Below, piece after piece: positions 57,669-64,000 of a stretch of 64,000 nucleotides of DNA. A program made the position numbers and the translations under genes. Source of the stretch: the human T2T-CHM13v2.0 reference genome, Homo sapiens; NCBI RefSeq assembly GCF_009914755.1, contig NC_060925.1; one strand, 5' to 3'. How positions within the stretch are numbered: position 1 is the stretch's first letter; every line of letters begins with the position of its first letter. A model generated the notes under the pieces. It searched no databases and was not told where the DNA came from. It was given only the letters and a program-made list of their open reading frames with translations.

Positions 57669-58085
57669 CCAGTTAAGAAAAGATTCACATTTCATAATGA
57701 AACCCCACACATTTTTCACTGTGGTGGTATGTATTGCGAGTATGGTTACAGATGTCCATGGTAACCATAAAACAATCACTTAGTATACTAGAAAGTAGAG
57801 TTTCTCTAGATTTAGGGCAGAAGAATAGGATGATAAAAAGGGGCAAGGAGAAGGATTTAGCAAATACTAGGATTGGTATATCGTTGTCCTTTAATGGTGA
57901 TTGGTCTTTGTGATTTTAATCAGTGATGAATATAGTTGAACTAAAGGGAAAGATTATTTAGCTACTGCTCTGTTCTGGGTTAGATTTATCTTTCTATTAC
58001 CACCTCTTCAGTTTCTTAAGGAGGGATATTATTGCTTTGTAAAGATAGTGTCCAGCCTGCTTTTAGAAATGAAAAGCAACTAATT

Positions 58086-58440
<355 letters not shown>

Positions 58441-58862
58441 CTAGTTTATCTTGGATCAAATCACTAACCTTTCTTTCTTATGGCTCTTACTGGTACATCT
58501 CATTTTGGTACCTACTTACCTGTAAACTGTCTTGGGTACTTTTTTCTGCAGAAATTATTTATTAACTGAATAGCACTACTAAATCATGCCATTGATCCTT
58601 CTGGCCACTCTAGATTCTTTCTGTATTGCCTAAATACCAAGAACTAAAAGGAAATAAAGTATTTACTAGTAGCCACTGTTTAAACCAGTGGAATTGGCTT
58701 ACTAGTGAATTGTTAACTACCAGTGCCCAAATAACATCCTACGGAAGAAAGTCTTGAATAGAAAAGGTTGGAACCAGGTTGGTTGATCACTTCCACCTTT
58801 CCCTTCTACCTTCCTCTCCAGGAGGGGAGAAAAACAAGGAGAGGTAAGAGTATGGTCACTGA

Positions 58863-59293
<431 letters not shown>

Positions 59294-59850
59294 TAATGCT
59301 GCAAACTCCTTGAGACCAAGAACACTATTACTGACTCCTGTATCAAGCAAACAGTGATACCTGCACTTTGCAGAATTGCTTACCTTGCTGGATTAAAAAC
59401 AGCAAGAGTATGTCAACAAAATACATTCCTCTTCCTACAATACTTTAGCACAGTGCTGTGCACATAGCAGCCACTCATTGGATGTTTAGTAAATGTATAC
59501 AGTTAAGATTCATTCATTCCCTGGAAATAGTGGAGTACTTTAAGAATATGAGGTGATGCTATGTAGATACAGTATTTGCTGGTTAAATTCTGGTCATTTT
59601 TTGGTGAACATCTGAAGTATATCGGAGAGAGGTTCCTCTATGTTCATGATCAAAAGTTAAAGTTATCATAAAATTTCAATGTACTTCAAAAAATTAATTT
59701 AAGTTGATATGATTATTAGCTTATATTAGGAAATAATTACTGGATTTTGTTAGATTTACTAAATATAACTGAAATGAAGGTTGTAGAATAAGCTCTGACT
59801 ACTATAGTATTAAATTAAATCAAATGTAATGATTTAGAGAACAAACATCG

Positions 59851-60183
59851 GGTTGGGCACGGTGGCTCACACCTGTAATCCCAGCACTTCGGGAGGCTGA
59901 GACTGGCGGATCACATGAGGTCAGGGGTTTGAGACCAATCCGGCCAACATGGCGAAACTCCATCTCTACTGAAAATACAAAAATTAGCAGGCGTGGTGGT
60001 GGGCACCTGTAGTCCCAGCTACTTGGGAGGCTGAGGCAGGAGAATTGCTTGAACCTGGGAGGCAGAGACTGTGGTGAGCCGGAGGCTGCGGTGAGCCGAG
60101 ATTGTGCCACTGCACTCCAGCCTGGGTGGACAGTAAGACTCCCATCTCAGAAAAAAAATATAATAATAATAATTAATAAATAA
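59851..60183 (+). mobile_element. AluS with a short internal duplication
   Basis: TSD agaacaaaca; duplicated ...gtggtgagccggaggctgcggtgagcc. Confidence 0.93.
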
Positions 60184-60527
60184 AGAACAAACACCTATTG
60201 TAATTTCTGGCATGAGTTTGCTGTAACGTTTTTGTTCTTGTGAGAGTGAAAGAACTAGGAAGTTTGGAAAAGAATTTAACACGGTATTTTTAGATAATTT
60301 AGGTAAGTGTTTTCTTTTATTACCAGCTTGTAATAAATCCTGGCAAGTGGTAGTGAAAGCCCTCCCAAAGTAGCTTCTTGGGGTGTAGGGGAGTATCTTA
60401 GGGAGAAGTGCCTCTAAAAATACAGGCTCAGCCACTCCCTGTTCGCCTCCTCTGTCTCAGCCCTCAGGCTGTGCTTGTGTGGGGAATAGGGGTAATTGCC
60501 CTTTGTATACCACAATTCAGATGTAGA

Positions 60528-60790
60528 GGCAGTGTAATTTCTTGGTTAAGAGCACAAGCTTTGAAGCTCAAGTCCTTGGGTTCAAATCCTAGCTCTAGCA
60601 TGTATTAGATGTGACCTTGGGAAGCCACTTAACTTCCTTATACCTCAGTTTCTTTACATGTAAAATGGAACAAAAGTGTCTACCTTATTCAGTTGTTGTT
60701 TTGTTTAACTAACTGAACACATATAGCGCCCTTAGAACAGTACCTGACACCTAGCAGAAGTGCTAGCTGCTGATGCTGCTGTTATTATTC
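60528..60790 (+). mobile_element. MIR
   Basis: ggttaagagcacaagc...gggttcaaatcctagctct...gtgaccttggg...cctcagtttctttacatgtaaaatgg. Confidence 0.85.
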
Positions 60791-61751
60791 CATTTAATTA
60801 AAGCTTGAAAGAAGTAAATTTGCCAGTTTTAAGTGCATCTCAGGGTTCCTGAATTACATGGTTTTCATTTTTTAAATTTCTGTATTTTACATCATGGATT
60901 TATTCCTTTTTATACCAAGAAAAAGTATTACATTTACAACATGAGGTCTTTCTGTTTTACTAGAATTTTTGTAGTAAGTGTAAGAGGGCCACTGTGAAGC
61001 TGAATTATCTGCAGGCGGCTTGGTAAGCAGGGAATTAGAGCAGAGTACAGAAGAGGAGAGTTGTTTAGTGACATAGATGTCCTCAGTGGGAATGGACGTA
61101 TTTGTGGTGTTACATAATGTTTAAGAGCACAAACTTTGTAGACAGGACATTCCTGGGGTTTATCCCGAGCTCAGCCTTTTACAAGGTGTATTACATTGGG
61201 CATGTCTCCTTATCTGTAAAACAAAGATAATACACACCTGGTTGGATGGTTGTTGGGTTTTCATTGGTAGGCTTATATAATATACTTTTGTAATAATAGA
61301 TGTTCAGTAATGGTATCAAAGAAGCAAGGAATCAAACCAAAATGATGAGAAAGTTCACAGTTGTTGATCAGGATGTATTTCTCTTACCCCACAGTCGTGA
61401 TACAACTAAATTCATGTTCTTTGGGCTTGCCTTTTCTCCATGCTTACCAGTTTCTTCATTTTAATGCATTCATTCTTGAGACTGAGTACAAATATACTTG
61501 AAATGATTACAGCTTTAAACATGCTAATGGAATCTCTCTCTTGAGACTGCATTGATTTTACTGAACCCAAATATAAAGGCAAGTCTTAAGTCAGGGATTT
61601 ACAGCTTGAAGATAATTTTCATAATGTCATTGTGTATGCTGGAATATAGTATTCTTCTGTTGTCTTTTCTGAATCATAATGCTTATATTTTTGCCCCTTA
61701 GAAATGATAGATAATAGTTTGATGAGCTAGAAGCAGAGTTAGGAGAAGCTC

Positions 61752-62030
61752 TTTTTTTTTCTTGAGACAAGGTCTTGCTCCGTTGCCTAAGCTCGAGTGC
61801 AGTGATGGGAACATGGCTCACTGCAGTCTAAACCTCCCATGTTCAAGTGCTCCTCCCACCTCAGTCCCTCAAGTAGCTGGGACTACAGGCGTGCGCCACC
61901 ACACCCCGCTAATTTTTGTATTTTTTGTAGAGACAGAGTTTTGCCATGTTCCCCAGGCTGGTATCAAACTCCTGGGGCTCAAGCAATCTGCATGCCTTGG
62001 CCTCCCAAAGTGTCAGGATTACAGATGAGA
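61752..62030 (-). mobile_element. AluJ
   Basis: Dimeric Alu with a degraded 5' end. Confidence 0.9.
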
Positions 62031-62231
62031 GCTGAGGAGTTCTTCTAATTCTGTTTGTCCTGTGTCCCTTTAAGGAAAGATATTTTCATCTTTCTTAAAG
62101 TAATGCTTGGTATTTTTTTATTCAAAGGAATTAACTTCACCTTGGTCAGGTTTACATAATAGTGACTTAAATTAGAAATACAATCTCATGTTCAATTACC
62201 TTTTAGAAGTAAGAACGTTGCCATTTAATTT

Positions 62232-62835
62232 ATCACATCGGAGTTCAGTCAGGGAAGCAGAATTCTGTTAAGTGATACAGAATAAAGCTTTTACTAAGGG
62301 ATTATACTTACACAATTGTGGAAGCTGGTTAAGCATTCTGTGTATAGTTGCTGCTTCAGAGTCTGGTATTAAGAGGCTGAAATCCTCAGGGCCAGCAGTC
62401 AGGAGGGAAAGATGAATGTGACATGGGGGAGTAAAACAAATTAGAACCTGCGAGGACAAACTGGAACTCGTGTCTCTCACTGCCTTCTGTCTTCTAAGAT
62501 GGGTGACCTGGAGGATAAGCTGGTGCCCTTCATTGGAGAGTTGCCCAGGCATCTGGACCAGAATTCAGAGCAGCTGAAGCAAGTGGTCCAGCGGGAGCTG
62601 AAGGAGCTCCATGAGACATGCCAGCAACATCAGCTATGTCAAGCGTGAGTGCTGCTGTGTCTGGCCCTGCACTGACCTTCAGAGCATATAAATGGTTACT
62701 GTTTTCATTTCTGCCTTCTTAATCTTGTGCAAATTTCTCTTGTGGCTGATGTTAGCCTAGGACCATAGAGAGAAGGGAATTCTGGGAAACGGAGTTCCAG
62801 TTTAGCTAAGTTAACACATTGGAAGTCATTAAAAC
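62232..62835 (-). mobile_element. ERVL-class 3' LTR (LTR52-like)
   Basis: gagttcagtcagggaagcagaa... and gaagggaattctgggaaac...tttagctaagttaacaca termini, followed by the ERVL PPT-proximal motif ccactccttgtcagcttggc. Confidence 0.65.
62499..62648 (+). pseudogene. APOA4-like captured coding fragment forming a 49-aa ORF inside the LTR
   Basis: MGDLEDKLVPFIGELPRHLDQNSEQLKQVVQRELKEL aligns without gaps to recalled APOA4 [36 protein letters not shown] (19/36 identical by hand). Confidence 0.7.
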
Positions 62836-64000
62836 CCACTCCTTGTCAGCTTGGCCATCATTTTAAGTATGAGATTTAGCCACACTTCTCTTAACCATAC
62901 TTAAGATAAAGATAATAGCAGAATTAATCTTTAGCCTAACATGATACAAAAGTCTCTTTATCTATCTTTAGGTGATGCTCATTTCTCTTCTCAGTCTCTC
63001 CTTATTCCCTGCAACTTCAGTATTAACATAAAGAGTTAGCTAATGTTAACACTTTGATGTTGAATGATGGAGAAATGGGAAGGGGAATCAAAAAGAAAAA
63101 AAAGAATTGGTTAATATATATGCAAGTGTATTTACAGCAAAATAAGGAAAAAATATTTATAAGTATTACAGGGCTTGTTTCTGTAACTGGTCATGTGGTT
63201 GTAGGTGGTATTTATAATTACCTCCTTCAACTACTGATTCCATATTTCCTTTGCTCTCGGCAAACACTTCAGCTGAGTTTTGTTCTTTGCCTGGTGAAGT
63301 AACCCAAGCCTTCATTCCTGAGGAGTCTGGGCCATCAGAAGTCTTGCCTGCACTGGGTTATTGCAGTTTTCCATTGCCTTATCCCATAGGACATGGGAGT
63401 AAGAAGAGGTGCCCCAGAGGATCCCCTGCATTTCAGATATAGTCCGTCTTACAGACATTATGTAATAGCAACCTAATTTTCCCTTGATAGTCAGGATCAG
63501 TCACCCCAGCCAGTATGGTAACCTCTTTTTTTGCCTATTGATTCACTGCCATGAAGCAGTCTCAACTTGCCATTTAATGGACCATTACTATGACATCTGG
63601 TGGAAGCATTTTCTCCCTAGGCACTAAGACTTCTAGACCAGCAGAACCCAAAGTTGTAGGGACTAGAAAAAAATTTTTTTACTAATGGATCACTAAGGAT
63701 AATAGTGAGAACAGCTATTCCCATTTCTATTTATTGATTCCTGAACCTGTGAAATCTGGTTACAGGAGAAATAGCACCATATCTTAGTCACAAATTTGGA
63801 GTACATATTGCATCCTGGAATATATTACCCCAGCTCTGCAAGGTGTCGTTACCCAGCTGGCATCAAAACAATCTTCAAAAGATTGTTTTATCAAGACAGC
63901 TGCTTCAGAGTATTGGGGGAATATAGTGAGACTGGTGATTTCTCAAAGCATGAGCCTGCTTTCATTCTTTATTTGCTATAAAATGAGTTCGTTGCCTAGA
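62836..64000 (-). mobile_element. ERVL internal sequence with decayed integrase and dUTPase
   Basis: Minus-strand peptide VTILAGVTDPDYQGKI (about 63475-63522) resembles the ERVL dUTPase motif GVIDPDYQ. PQYSEAAVLI and RTHFIAN (63885-63992) resemble integrase HPEAAGLIE and GTHFTA. Confidence 0.75.

Overview
Primate, most likely human, genomic DNA. About 39 kb of repeat-rich upstream sequence is followed by a CpG-island promoter and the first coding exon of MARK1 (ATG at 40214, MSARTPLPTVNERDTEN, GTGAGT donor at 40265), then about 23.7 kb of intron 1. Exon 2 is not visible in the window. Most of the rest is interspersed repeats: about 18 Alus, L2/MIR relics, MaLR/ERVL/ERV1 LTRs, a near full-length Tigger1, hAT MITEs and a nested L1 cluster. 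The most notable observations are: (1) an ERVL-class LTR in intron 1 carries an apolipoprotein A-IV-like coding fragment in the MARK1 sense orientation, forming a 49-aa strong-Kozak ORF bracketed by splice signals and in frame with exon 1, so it is a candidate poison exon; (2) a young L1PA3-like insertion carries a ~690-bp 3' transduction with its own AATAAA and poly(A); (3) an Alu is 5'-inverted, a twin-priming signature; (4) the MARK1 leader has two uORFs, one in frame with the CDS and separated from it by a single TAG; (5) there are small non-Alu TPRT-like inserts. Repeat subfamily names and protein similarities come from recalled consensus sequences, not from searches.
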